Positions 12,469 to 26,063 of a stretch of 64,000 bases of DNA are shown in pieces (position 1 is the first letter of the stretch; each line of letters begins with the position of its first letter). A program made the translations under genes and the position numbers. The stretch comes from Octopus vulgaris (taxonomy: Eukaryota). Where the stretch lies: assembly GCA_951406725.2 (NCBI GenBank), contig OX597816.1, forward strand, positions 136,338,001 to 136,402,000. Direction: 5' to 3'. The notes beneath the pieces were generated by a model. The model worked only from the letters and a program-made list of their open reading frames with translations, ran no database searches and was not told the DNA's origin.

Positions 12469-13560
12469 GTGAGTTGACAAACGTAGTTTTTTTGTTTTTT
12501 TTTACTTTAATACGTACAGTGTATCAAACACGTACATACATATCGATATAGACACTCGAAATATCTTTGTATTATATATAAATATGTACTGACGATAAAT
12601 GTTTTTTTTCTTTCTTTTTTGAAGAAAATATATCATTCTTACTTTTCAGGTAATAAATACGTGGGGTATCGGGGGTAGGGTGTATGTGCATTACTAAACT
12701 TCAAACTTTCGGAAACTGAAGATGAATCAGATATAATTACATTGTATATAAGAAATATGCGTGTGTATACTTCAACCAATTTCAACCGCTGGACTATGGT
12801 CATTCTGGGGCACTGCCTCCAAGAACTTAGTTGATTATATCGAGTCCTCTACTTGTTTTTAAGACTGGTATTTAATTTTATTGATCTTGTCGAATCCTAA
12901 GATTAGTAGGTATAAACGAACAAACGAAATCACGGTAGCATACATTCATACATACGCTCACATACATACACACGTTAAATATAGTGAGCTTCTGTCCAGT
13001 TACCGTTTACGAAATTTCTTTCACGAGGGATTCTAAAAGACACTTACTAAAAGGTGCTCGCTCGGCGATTGAACTCTAAGACACGTGGCTGCGAAGTGAA
13101 CATATTAACAATCACATCCGTTTGTGTAATGATGACACACAAATCTGTGAAGCGTTCCATATTGTTCTCCAGGCGGAGGCATAGCTGTATCGTTTAGAAA
13201 CTCGCTTTGTGACGTCGTGGTTTCGGGTTCAGTCCCACTGTAGGCAAGTGTCGTCTACTATAGCCCGGGTCAACTAATGCTTTGTGAATGAATTTGATAA
13301 ACGGAAACTGTGGAAGCCCATCGTCTATTTTTGTGTGTGTCTTTGTCTTTGTCCCCACCATCGTTTGAGGACTAGTGTTGGTTATTTTACGTCCCCGTAG
13401 CAGTTCTGTGAAAGAGACCGATAGAATAGGTACCAGACTTACAAACAAGTACTGGGGTCAATTTCTTCGACTAAACCCTTCAAAGGCGGGCCCTAGAATG
13501 ACCACAGTCTAAAGATTTTTAGACAACTTTTATATATATGTATATATATACACATATATG

Positions 13561-13599
<39 letters not shown>

Positions 13600-13601
<2 letters not shown>

Positions 13602-13764
13602 CACAGGAGTGGCTGTGTGGTAAGTAGCTTGTTTACCAACCACATGGTTCCGGGTTCAGTCCCACTGCGTGGCACCTTGGGCAAGTGTCTTCTACTATAG
13701 CCTCGGGCCGACCAAAGCCTTGTGAGTGGATTTGATAGACGGAAACTGAAAGAAGCCCGTCGTA

Positions 13765-13806
<42 letters not shown>

Positions 13807-14027
13807 TGTATGTGTTTGTGTGTCTGTGTTTGTCCCCCATGCATTGCTTGACAACCGATGCTGGTGTGTTTATGTCCCCCGTCACTTAGCGGTTCGGCAA
13901 TAGAGACCGATAGAATAAGTACTGGGCTTACAAAAGAATAAGTCCCAGGGTCGATTTTCTCGATTAAAGGCGGTGCTCCAGCATGGCCGCAGTCAAATGA
14001 CTAAAACAAGTAAAAGAGTAAAAGAAT
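13600..14027 (+). repeat. tRNA-derived SINE family A, near full length; further copies at ~13170-13515(+), 33677-34078(-), 38130-38520(-), 50590-50970(+), 51305-51728(-), 52651-53095(+), 53461-53900(-)
   Basis: Head gtggctgtgtggtaag...gggttcagtccc (A/B boxes), internal (TA)/(TG) tract, tail aaggcggtgctccagcatggccgcagtcaaatgactRaaacaagtaaaaga. Confidence 0.85.
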
Positions 14028-14063
14028 ATATATATATATATGTGTGTATGTATGTATTTATAT

Positions 14064-14275
14064 GGATAGAAATGGTAAGACAACAAAAGAATGAAAGAGA
14101 CCTCGATATGTAAATAGAGGAATTCATCTGTAAATATATGTGACAATTATTTGGTAGCCATCAAAAATATTTTTTTGATGGCCTGATAACTGAAGAGATG
14201 CCAGTCCCCCATAACTGAAGGGTTTCTGCTCCGTCATCCAAAACTCAGATGTCACATAATTATATTTACAGATTT
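14064..14275. mobile_element. Degenerate mini fold-back of the hammerhead-bearing Penelope terminus
   Basis: Minus arm of the 21.5 kb family tail, central hairpin gccatcaaaaa-ta-tttttttgatggc, plus arm gataactgaagagatg...aaactcaga...tttacagat. Confidence 0.65.
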
Positions 14276-14315
14276 ATATATACATACATATATATATATA
14301 AGTACTATCAATATA

Positions 14316-14343
14316 ACCCGGCGTTGCCGGGTCATAGTGCTAG
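14316..14343 (+). mobile_element. Helitron-like 3' terminus
   Basis: Hairpin acccggc-gtt-gccgggt followed 7 nt later by CTAG|T. Confidence 0.45.
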
Positions 14344-15416
14344 TATGGTATAAATTTGTTAAATTAAAAGTTTGGGGTAATAAAACATACAATGACTTAT
14401 TAAAAAGACGAATTAAAATTCCAGAGAAAAATACATAGAAGATAAATATACAAATTTACAAAAATACATAAAAGTTCATCTACGGGCTGTTTCGGACGGA
14501 GATGCATCAATTAATATGAAACATCATATATTTAAAATTGACACTCCCCTAGTCAGGATGTTTTTTTACACACAACACATAGTACACGGAAACAAATGCA
14601 CAATTACATACCTGCTACATGCAAAAGACCAGACATTACATACTCCCCAAAATTCTCATAGATACTGAATGCTACTTTATAAGCATATAATTCAATCTAG
14701 CAGCTATAGTAAATGGTATGAGCACAGCCCCATCTGAACTAATTCACTTCTGCACTCAATTAAATTTTTCATCTTTTAATTTCTCCCATTCATGCAAAGC
14801 CACATATTCGAGTTCAAGTCCTTGATACATTTTATACTAATTGCTATTTTTTCTTTTAATTGTTATATAACGATTTAATTACCATTTTAATAAAATAAAA
14901 TATTTTTAATTACTACTTACTATATTTACTATATTTAATTCAATTGTTATTATTACCTCTAACTTTTATTGCAATTTTTATTTCTAAATTTCTTATGGAA
15001 AGTCGAGTGGATCTTATGCATACAATATATTTTTATATGATGATTATATATTTATATATTACTATATATTTCTAAACGTCGGGCTTTATGTCTGTTCTGT
15101 AGATATAAATGAATATATGTATGTGTTTGATCTTTCTGTGGATTTTGTAGTGCTTTTGTAGTTGCTGCTCGCATTGCCTCCCCTCGGATTAAAAAGTGTA
15201 TACAGCTCATTTGAGCACTACTGTTCCAGTCTGTTATATATTTTTGAGCGTTGTTGTCACTAACGATCTCAAGATATAACTTTATATTTTGTAATATATA
15301 TATATATATATATTGGCCTGCTCGCTTAGCCAGCGGGGTGGTGTCGTTCGAAGGCTAAAACAATGCGAACGCATTGTGACCAACGATGTGTAGCAACATC
15401 TGATGGTCTGGTCGGT

Positions 15417-15419
<3 letters not shown>

Positions 15420-15471
<52 letters not shown>

Positions 15472-15520
15472 TATATATAGATATAGATATATATATAGAT
15501 ATAGATATATATATAGATAT

Positions 15521-15557
<37 letters not shown>

Positions 15558-15586
15558 TATAGATATATATATATAGATATATATAT

Positions 15587-15643
<57 letters not shown>

Positions 15644-15648
15644 GATAT

Positions 15649-15747
<99 letters not shown>

Positions 15748-15790
15748 TATAGATATATATATATAGATATAGATATATATAGATATAGAT
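15420..15790. repeat. (TA)n/(TAGA)n compound microsatellite, continuing at 16515-16890 after a LINE insertion
   Basis: Directly visible; source of the poly-YI ORFs. Confidence 0.95.
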
Positions 15791-15791
15791 A

Positions 15792-16515
15792 AAGCTGGGC
15801 TACACATATAAGCAGCAAAGTTGACATGGCCCGCAGAATGTGTTCCTGGATTCTCAGAACCTTCCAGTCGAGAGATTCCCACGCTATTATCCTTCTCTTC
15901 TCCACTTTTGCCCAACCCCACCTTGAATACTGCTGTCCACTGTGGTCTCCCTACACAAAACAAAATATTATGAGAATTGAAGCTCCCCAAAGGTCAATCA
16001 CAAAAAAGATAGATGGCATGTCAGACCTTGACTACTGGGGTAGACTAGAGAAGCTGAAATTGTATTCACTCCAACGACGCCGTGAACGCTACATTATCTG
16101 TATGATGTGGAAAATATTCCACCAGCACTGTCCGAATGATGTTGGCATCACCTTCAAAATGCATCCAAGGCTTGGACCACGTGCCATCCGTCCACAACAA
16201 AAATCTAAATCGCATCACATAACGACAATACGGCACAACTATTTCACCTCAATTGGACCTGCTCTCTTCAACATTACACCAGGGCATGTCAAAAAAGAAA
16301 CTGACCACACAAAATTCAAGAAGTCTTTGGACAAATTCCTTCAAACAGTACCGGACAAACCACCCACACCCGGATATGTCTCCGCAAACAATAACTCTCT
16401 GCTCGAATGGGCCTTGGTGCCCAAATCCTGAACTGAAAGACTTCACCAGGTGGTGCTATTAAGTTAGACATGGCCTGGGCCAATACTGGCCAAAACCTTT
16501 CTAAGTTATTCTAAG
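15792..16515 (+). mobile_element. 5'-truncated CR1-type LINE (second family), RT C-terminus + 3' UTR
   Basis: ORF 15826-16431 WILRTF...[12 protein letters not shown]...LKLYSLQRRRERY; ends in (ttctaagtta)x2; inserted within a (TA)/(TAGA) tract. Confidence 0.88.
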
Positions 16516-16703
16516 TTATATATATAGATATAGATATAGATAGATATAGATATATATAGATATATAGATATATATATATAGATATATAGATATATATATA
16601 GATATATATATAGATATATATAGATATATATATATATATAGATATAGATATATATATAGATAGATATATATATAGATATATAGATATATATATATATAGA
16701 TAT

Positions 16704-16790
<87 letters not shown>

Positions 16791-16793
16791 TAT

Positions 16794-16866
<73 letters not shown>

Positions 16867-16899
16867 TATATATAGATATAGATATAGATACATCCATAT

Positions 16900-17140
16900 A
16901 CATACAATAGAGAGATGTTTTTGTTTCACTTTTAACACGTAATACTGAAATAGTGGAGAAGATATGGTACTGCTGTGGGCTCGCTCTAGGCAAGAAGTTA
17001 AACATTTTTTTTTGCCCAGGATACTGCATGGACCCTAAGTAAGGCATGTGTAAAATTTGAATGAAATTGGTTGTGTAGTTCTCAAGTTTTAGGGAAACAC
17101 ACAGACAGACACACACACATTCTCAGTTTTATATATATAG
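16900..17140 (-). mobile_element. Non-autonomous Helitron/Helentron-like fragment
   Basis: Minus strand tatatataaaactgagaatgtgtgtgtgtctgtctg...ccaatttcattcaaattttacac resembles the 5' part of non-autonomous rolling-circle elements; a similar + strand piece starts ~17423. Confidence 0.45.
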
Positions 17141-17358
17141 AGATATATGTGTGTGTGTGTATGTATATCATCATCATCATCATCATCATCATCGTATAAC
17201 GTCCATAAAGTTATATATATACATATATATATAAAGGTATATTTATACATACATACATATATATATATAAAGGTATATATATGCATGTGTATATATAAAG
17301 GTATATATATACATATACATATATAAAGGTATACATATATATATATAAAGGTATATAT

Positions 17359-17389
<31 letters not shown>

Positions 17390-18689
17390 CATACATATAT
17401 ACATACATATATATATATATATATCTACTAATATATGTGGAAAATCGGTGTATGTTTGTTTGTGGTGTTGTTAGCTAACTCCTCCTACACTGTCTTACTG
17501 ATTTTGATGAAACTTGTCACATGAGTAGAACTCATGTCTGGAAGCCTCGTGACTTATTTAGATTGTTGAAAAAATTGTTACTATAGCTCTTAGAAGGGAC
17601 CTTTATATCTACCTTATATAATTAATTTTTTTAAACACCTAAGGGAAATAACCTATAGCATCTGTAAAATATTCTTTTTAAAATACTCAAGGGAAATAAT
17701 CCATTTCATTGTTTATGTTCGATTACTCTGAATATTGATTTTTTGTGTGCCTAATTTCTAATTCTTGCAGACAATATCACTTTATTTGACACGTCTGGAA
17801 ACATGTGACATCGATAATAGGGCTCCTCCAATGGATCCTTCTATCTACTACATATTACTAGTATTTTATTTAAACAACCCAAGGGAAATAGCCCATACCA
17901 CCTGCAGTTTTTAACGAAGCAATCAATATTTGATTCTCACTATCAGCCGACCTAATTCTGCATTTTGCTACTCAGTTTTGAACTGCTAAACATTATTGCA
18001 CTTCCTTAATTTGAATCTTAAACCTTAAAGACTTCATTCATACATTTCTATACATACTTTTTTGAATGCCCATTACTCCGATAATTCTGCATTTTTACAG
18101 TTACACTTTTTCCATGACAGTAGATAATTTTTTTATTCCACAACGTATTTGTAGTGGCTTCATGCAGGCATAGCTTCATGCAGACATATCCAGAGGATGT
18201 GAGATTCAAGAAGAAAATCAATGTTCAAACTACATATTTTGGTAGACATCACTTACATGAACCCGAGACATGTCTCTGCCAATGTCCACATCGATAAGCA
18301 TGCCCCATAAATGTGTCCACAAGGGGATTCTTAGAAAACAGAATTGAAAATAGCTCACTATCACAGAGTTGGCAGAACTCTATGCTCCCATCGCACAGGA
18401 ATGAAATGAGGAGAATCAACCAATCTAAATTAAACCGTTCATTATGGTCCTCCAGATACCAAACCAATTCACGAAACCCTATACTGCTGCGTCTATCACT
18501 ATCTCTAAATGTAAAGTAATGACTAGAAATTCTTCCAGATAACTGAGAACTACCCACACAAAAAAAAGACATTGGTACCTGAAGTAATTTTACACTGGTA
18601 TATAGAGGCTTTAGTCTTAGAATCACTAGACACAAATTTAATTCTGTTGGAACTGATCACAGAGACAATAACCCTGTCATCAATATTTG

Positions 18690-19330
18690 AGAAATTATTT
18701 GAATCTAAAAGTAATCCTTCATCTAGCTCAGGATTGGGATGGTTTGAAGATGATTTCTGGTCTAATGTGAGGGATGTGAAATTTCACCGTTCACCCCTAG
18801 GGAGTGGACATCTGAGGTGTCTTTGCTGTATCACCAGGGGAATTCATGGCATGGATAGTATACTGGTTCAATCAGATAAAGTGAGAAGCCTGTGCAAGCT
18901 TGCCAGGGGCTATTACTTAGAACTGCTTGGAAGAGGAATTCAAAAAAACTGTGGGGGTGCACTTGGGGGAGCCAACCTTGAGGCTGGGAGGGTTATGGAG
19001 AAGTGTAGCTTGCAGATGAGGACAGAGCCACTTGATCCTAAGCAACCTAGTTTTGTTTTAAAAGATCATAAACAAAGTTTTTTTGATAACCCATCCTTGC
19101 AACTTGTCTGTCCTTCTGGCTCTGGTATCGGTGTACTTGGTGAAAATGTTCTGGATGAATGTATTTCTACCTTGGTTGAGGAATTGGAGTTTAGTTTGTG
19201 GTCCAAGTCATTGACTGCTTTAGTTCTACTGCTGATAAGAGGAGCACTGAGTTTGTCCAGTTTGACATTTCTAGTTTCTATTCCTCCATTGGCCCAGTTG
19301 TGCTTGGTGGGGCACTCTCACTGGATCACT
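18690..19330 (+). pseudogene. Naiad-type Penelope RT N-terminal fragment, apparently A-to-G hypermutated
   Basis: Motifs FEDD..KF, V.SDK, LKDHK..F.DNP, QFDI..FY.SI...AL recognisable; one frameshift near 19200; many expected Lys/Asn/Tyr/Ile positions read Gly/Glu/Ser/Cys/Val. Confidence 0.85.
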
Positions 19331-19349
19331 GTGTATATATATATATCTA

Positions 19350-19437
<88 letters not shown>

Positions 19438-20218
19438 CACACACATATACTTTAATATATATATATATATATGTGAATGAATATACATTTATGTATTGAT
19501 GTACACATCTATTCACACAAACACACATAGCCATTTGGTAATTTATGCTTCATATTTTACATTTACACATTTAGTAACAGGTTTCAAGTGGAAATATGTG
19601 AAATTTGTATTATATTTGTCTCTGTCTGTGTTGAGAACACAATCAAAGCAACCACTTTGTAGTGGTAGTAGTAGTGAGATGGTTATCATGGATATTTATG
19701 TGCGTATAAATATGACAATAGGGTGTATGTGTTTGTGTGCCTGTATGACATGGAAATTGCCAAATAGTTAAATTTGCTTTTGCATACTAATGTCCCAGTG
19801 CTCAAGCATTTGGTAGTACTTAAATACAGAGGTCCCAAAAAACTAACCCTAACACTACAAGACGTCTGTATTTAAGTAGTGCCAAGCCCTTCTACCCCAG
19901 CACAATTTCTGCTCAAATCTTATCTTTGGATTGACATGACTTATGCCAGTCATTTTGTAAACAAAACCTGTGTGGAAACCCATCAAAAGCTCTAACATCT
20001 ATAATTCAATGGGCCAAACCTGTTAGTGTCATTCATATTCTGTCTGCATATTACCTTAAGAGTACATATGCCTGTGAGTTACTCAGACACTGCATTGTAC
20101 AATGAGCAAGTCATTCGGTTGACTGAACATCTGGAATATTCACTATTGTATTTGTGTAAGGCTCATCTTACATCTAAAAAGTATTAAAAATATTTGTATT
20201 ATGCACATATGTATGATT

Positions 20219-20258
<40 letters not shown>

Positions 20259-20307
20259 ATTAAAAATATTTGTATTATGCACATATGTATGATAAATATA
20301 TATATAT

Positions 20308-20351
<44 letters not shown>

Positions 20352-20652
20352 TATACATGTACATGTGGAGACGCAATGGGCCAGTGGTTAGGGCAGTGGA
20401 CTCGCGGTCGTAGGATCACGGTTTCGATTCCCAGACCAAGTGTTGTGAGTGTTTATTGAGCGGAAACACCTAAAACTCCACAAGGCTTCAGCAGGGGGTA
20501 GTGGCGATCCCTGCTGTACTCTTTTGCCATAACTTTCTCTCACTCTTTCTTCTGTAGGCCTGCTCGCTTAGCCAGTGGGGGGTGACGTCATTTGAAGGCT
20601 AAAACAATGCAAAGCGCATTGTGACCAGTGATAGACATTAATATATATAATT

Positions 20653-20697
<45 letters not shown>

Positions 20698-20855
20698 TAA
20701 TTATATATATTATTTGTTATTTATGTATTGGTTTATGTCTATCACTGTTTGAGTTGCATAATTGTAGTTTTATCTCTAATTCATATTTTATATTTATATA
20801 TTGATTCTGTGAAATTTGATTTAATACTAAATTGAATTATACTCCCTAATATTAT

Positions 20856-20943
<88 letters not shown>

Positions 20944-21061
20944 AACTTACTTGGAAAAGGAGGATGCATGGCGTTCAATCATATAATAATATAAATAATA
21001 TATAAATATATGCATATATACATACATATATGTACATACCTACATATATATGTATATATAC

Positions 21062-21425
21062 ATGCATATATGGGTACAGGACATCAAAAAAAATGTTAAA
21101 CACAATGAGAAACGAAAATATAAAAACAAAAACATAGAAACAACCTTTTTTCAAACAACGAAAAAAAACAGAGTACAAGACATACAACAAAAGGAATATT
21201 CCCCCATCTTCAGTTGTCCCTGTTTCATCAACTCCGTGTTTTACCTTTGAAATGTGTTTTAGATGAAACAGGGACAACTGAAGAAGGGGAATATTCCTTG
21301 TGTTGTATGTCTTGTACTCTGTTTTTTTCGTTGTTTGAAAAGAAATTTTGTTTCTATGTTTTTGTTTTCATTTCTCATTGTGTTCAACGTTTTTTTTTTA
21401 TGTCTCCTCTACCCATATATGAAAC

Positions 21426-21428
<3 letters not shown>
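21062..21428. repeat. ~370 bp fold-back palindrome in TA-rich DNA, probably a Penelope terminal remnant
   Basis: atatatgggtacaggacat...cttcagttgtccctgtttcatc mirrored by gatgaaacagggacaactgaag...cccatatat; centre ~21245. Confidence 0.8.
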
Positions 21429-21468
<40 letters not shown>

Positions 21469-21472
<4 letters not shown>

Positions 21473-21764
21473 ACAATTATTCGGTAGCCATGATAAAACT
21501 CCGAGTTTCAGATGCCAAGGTGGAAATCCATGCCGCCATCTCTTCAGCTATTCCGGCCATCGGAAAAATACTTTCATAGCATTTTTCCGATGGCCAAGCT
21601 AACTGAAGAGATGGCGGCGTGGATTTCCACCTTGGCATCTGAAACTCAGAGTTTTATCATGGCTACCAAATAATTGTCACATATTACATATACAGATAAA
21701 TTCCTCTATTTACATAATATCAAGGTCTCTTTCATTCTTTTGTTGTCTTACCATTTTTATCAAT
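21469..21764. mobile_element. Mini fold-back of a Penelope terminus (two inverted hammerhead motifs); mirrored at 30661-30970
   Basis: Centre ggccatcggaaaaat-actttcatagc-atttttccgatggcc; each arm has CTGAAGA-GATG...CATC-T-GAAACTCRGAGTT-TTATC. Confidence 0.85.
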
Positions 21765-23982
21765 ATAAATATATATTTCACTGATTAATGTTATATACCA
21801 ATATAGCAATGTTTTTCATAAGCATAACAAACATTTGAAGATACTATCACTTTTAAATATATTTGTATAAATAATTTTATAGTTCTCATAAATATCATCT
21901 GAAACTTCAAAATACTCCACATATCTATTTCTGTTCAAAATACTAAATAAAGCATTTCCTTTCTTTAAATAAATCTGAAGGCAAGTTGATTTACTGTACA
22001 CTTAACAGAACGATTGACTATATATATTTTATAGGTAATTTGCAGAAGTATTTAGCATTATCAGATATTATCTACAGTATAACTAAGTCATTTACATGCA
22101 GTATACGGTCATTTTGTCATTATCTAGAATCTAATTATACATTATCTTTTTCTTAAATGTCAGATATGAAGACGCAGAGGCTACAGCGTAATAAACAAAA
22201 CAGTTAGAGATTTATTGCTAGTTTAACACAAGAAAAATTATGACCTTTAGAATGACATTATTTTCAGCCACACAATGTAGAATGTTATAATGTTGACTAC
22301 AACTAAATTGTATGTAAGTATGTATGTATGGTTCTCTTCTATTTCTAATTACTTGATATCTTCCTGTATGGAAGGAGCAGGTTTCTAACAAAAATACAAA
22401 GCTCTATTGTCGGAATGTAGAGAACAAAAAAAATTTACATTTTCAACTTGAGAAAATCCTTGAAAATTGTTACAGACTGTATTTTTAACGTGCAAGTTAG
22501 CTGGTTAATTCCATCTTCTCAAAAACCTCCGCTTATGATTGCCATTAAAACATTTAATGACTGTATATATGTCAGAGTTAACTATATGATATTTTTTAAT
22601 ACATTAGTATAACAGAAAATTCATTTCAGAGCAGATTATTTCAACAAATGAATTGTCAAACAACATGGAAAGAAAAGTACTAAATAGTTCTTTGACCAAA
22701 AGGAAGATAAAGGTGGGTCAACTTACAAAATATGGCTTAGCTTAGACAGCGTCACCCAGTGTTATAACAGTTCAAACAGCTGCAATTTATGCTTATCTGA
22801 AAAATATGATATTATAAATCATCTACACCATTCATAAGTAATAATAATAAAAGAATTAAGTTTATATTGTAACATGGTTCAATATTCTTGCAATTCCTTT
22901 TCAAGACATTGGTGAAGGTACACATGTGACACATCATATTTTCTTTTGAATTTCCAACTACTGTAAAATTCTGTTAAATATTAGTGTGTCCTCATTCTTT
23001 GGCACTAGTGGGAAGTATCTACACATATTTTTCACGTGCGTATCACTATGCGCCTTCACTAGTCAGTTAAGGTGAGACAGTGTCATGTGACAACTTGCTG
23101 GGGCTGCCTGCTGGAGTCTATGCGGCAGGTATTTAAAGGGAGAAATTTGACAAGGCAAGAGGCCAGGGAATAGAGGAAAGAAGACGTGCACCCAACACCA
23201 GAGCTGAAGACACCTCCGAAAGTGGGGGCCCTGCCACATTAAAACGGTAGAGGAGTAGGGGCTGAAACCGGACATGGTTCCTCCTGATGATGTCTTGAGC
23301 TAACTGGATCCTATAAAAGAGCTGTTGTGGTAGCAGACCACGAAACACGGTTGTAATTCCCCCCAGGTAAATGTAAATGGAATGGTACTGGTGTGGCTGT
23401 GTGGCTAAGAAGTTCACTTCCCAAGTACATCGACTTTCTGGTTCAGACCTACTAAGTGGCACCATAGGCAGGTGTCTTTTATATAGCCTTGACTGACCAA
23501 AGCCTTGTGAGGAATTTGATAGATGGTAATTGAAAGAAGCTTATCATGTGTGTTTGTGTGTGTATATATATATAATTTAGAGAAAAACCTCTACTAAACA
23601 ATTCAATAATGAAAGATGTTATTCACATCATATAGAAAACATATACTATAAAAACCTAATTCTAAAAATCAATAACATACAAAAACAGAAATCCTTCGAT
23701 ATAAGTTATGTTTTTATTTTATATTGTTAAATGTTTTTCGATTATTTATAGTTAATACACATAATTTTCTATATTTATTTGATAATTAGTATAAGTTAAG
23801 ATAAAAGCATATTTATTCTATTATTATTTTTTATTATTATTATTTTAGACCTGATGAGTGACTATATTTTTAAATAGAATTAATTTTAGATCGAATTGAT
23901 TTTATTATTATTATATTATGATTCAAGTATTATCTGATAGTTGATGAATGATTTAGATATATTTCTCCATTTTCTCATTTTG

Positions 23983-24029
<47 letters not shown>

Positions 24030-24084
24030 ATGTATATATACATATATGTATATAAACATATATGTATAACAACATATATGTATA

Positions 24085-24392
24085 TACTGGCTTCTAGGCC
24101 GGTGGCACATAAAAAGCACCATCCGAACGTGGCCAATGCCAGCGCCGCCTTGACTGGCTTCTGTGCTGGTGGCACATTAAAAGCACTAACCAATCGTGGC
24201 TGCTGCCAGACTCCCCTGGCACCCACTACACTCACAGAGTGGTTGGCATTAGGAAGGGCATCCAGCTGTAGAAACACTGCCAGATCAGACTGGAGCCTGG
24301 TGCAGCCTCCTGGCTTCCCAGACCCTGGTTGAACCGTGCAACCCGTGCTAGCACGGAAAATGGACGTTAAACGATGATGATGATGATGATGA
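24085..24392 (+). mobile_element. RTE-type LINE 3' UTR with (GAT)n tail; mirrored at 28030-28340
   Basis: gccggtggcacataaaaagcacc...aggaagggcatccagctgtagaaac...ggacgttaaacgatgatgatg, shared with the RT-bearing copies at 45.7-46.6, 48.5-49.7 and 60.7-61.5 kb. Confidence 0.8.
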
Positions 24393-24544
24393 TATATGTT
24401 ATGTATATATATATATATATATATGCACATAGATGTATGTATATATATGCACATATATGTATGTATATATATGCACATATATGTATGTATATATATACAC
24501 ATATATGTATGTATATATATATGTATATATATATATATACATAT

Positions 24545-26063
24545 ATTGATAAAACGGTAAGATAACAAAAGAAAGAAAGAGACCTCAATATTATGTAAAT
24601 AGAGGAAATTTATCTATACAATATGTTACATTACTCGGTAGTCAAGATAAAACTCTGAGTTTCAGATGCCGAAGTGGAAATCCACAACACCATCTCTTCG
24701 GTTATCTGGCTATTTGAAAACGTTATGAAAAAACCGTTAAAAATGAAGGGAAATTACTCTGTTATAACTCTGCTTTGCCTGCGTACTTATACATCGCTCG
24801 CATTTTTCGTCATAAAAATTATATAAAAATACATAAAAATACATAAAAATATATAAAAATATATAAAATCTTCTTGGGACATAACACAGAAAGCATGTTC
24901 TATCCGTTTTCTTTAGGGGACCAAAAACGTAACAGAAATTTAGTCACATGTGGGCATGATCCGAAAAGTTCTGTCCTTGTATTTAGACATGTGGTAGGGT
25001 CTAAGCTGCTTTTCCAGATAAGCCATCTCTCCATGTCGCATAAACCGCACCTTCCGCTGCCGTTAGTATAGGGCTTACATCTGGCCAAAATCTTCCATTG
25101 TATGTTATAATCGACACCTTTATCTCTTAAAGACCAAATATGATTGGATAATTGTGTCGCTTTTCTTTTGTTCCAGTGCCTAAAGCTCAAAGTGTGGTTA
25201 TTGAACCTGGCCTTGAAATTACCCTCTGTCAGGCCCACGTATTTCTTCGTCAAAACGGTGTCTTTAGTGGTTATAGAGTTTACGGTAGCTTCATATATGA
25301 TGGTCTTGGACATGCAAGCTCCATTTAGCGGGCACAATTCTTTATTCCTGCATGAACAGCTGTTTTCTTCTTGTGTTTTTTGTATGTTATGATTGATTAT
25401 GTTTTTAAAATTGGTAGTTGAACTAAAACTAATTTTTAAATTGTGTCTATTGAAGAGTTTCCTATAAGCATGGTTAACTGGAAAATGTCTATCTATCAGT
25501 GCTAGGAAATATTTACCTATATTGAAGGCCACCTCGGGTGAGTAAGGGGCGTAAACCAGATGACCTTCCTATTTCTATTATTCCTTTTCCTTATTGTTGG
25601 GCTGGTGATAGGTGTATATTTTATTTTTTCGCTAAAACCACTATCTTTTAAAGCTTTATTATAAACTGGGGCAACGCTATTGAAGATGTCCTCATTAGAT
25701 GAGAGGCTAGAAATCCTCTTACTAATATTTTTAACTAAATTTTTGAATACTATAGGGGGATGGCATGAACCTACATTAATATAACTTAGTCTATCATTGG
25801 GCTTCCTATAAGGCTTATAAATATTATTATTAAGATCTAAGGAAACGTCTAAGAAATTGACAACCGTCAGGTTAGTGTCTATAGTTATACTAAGTCCGAA
25901 GTGTTTCATTAACTGGATAATATCCTTCCTAAAACGATCTTGTGCTGGTCCATTTGTATTAGCTGTTAAGGCGAGGGCATCATCTTTGTAGATGGCGAAA
26001 TGTACGTTAGGGAATGCCTTACTGAAGGTATCTAGGAGAAAGAGTCCAATTAGATCACAGATG
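24545..26063 (-). mobile_element. Naiad-type Penelope-like element, 5'-truncated (RT C-terminal half + GIY-YIG endonuclease + hammerhead terminus), left arm
   Basis: ICDLIGLFLL...IYKDDAL...VNFLDVSLDL...YRKPN; CSCRNKELCPLNGAC linker; IIYEA...KYVGLT GIY-YIG; CGLC knuckle; one -1 frameshift at ~25546 (WFTP[P]YS); hammerhead motif at 24646-24706. Confidence 0.93.

Noticed and set aside
13600-13680. tRNA-like A/B boxes as tRNA genes
   Set aside because: They are heads of dispersed SINE copies, with no complete cloverleaf evident.
15282-17408. Long ORFs rich in YI/IS/CV repeats (also at 23.9-24.6, 27.5-28.4, 32.3-32.8, 45.2-47.1, 57.7 kb)
   Set aside because: Translations of (TA)n, (TAGA)n and (TG)n microsatellites.
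18572-19480. 302-aa ORF as a host gene
   Set aside because: Chimera of a Penelope RT fragment, a frameshifted segment and a microsatellite; its openness is plausibly a by-product of A>G changes.
19800-19890. Short inverted repeat enclosing ctaaccctaac (telomere-like)
   Set aside because: Under two TTAGGG units; more likely a tiny MITE remnant than an interstitial telomere.
22164-22314. Exon-like segment (tgtcag|...|gtaagt) within the duplicated flank
   Set aside because: Stops follow quickly in the ATG frame and there is no homology evidence; cannot be supported.
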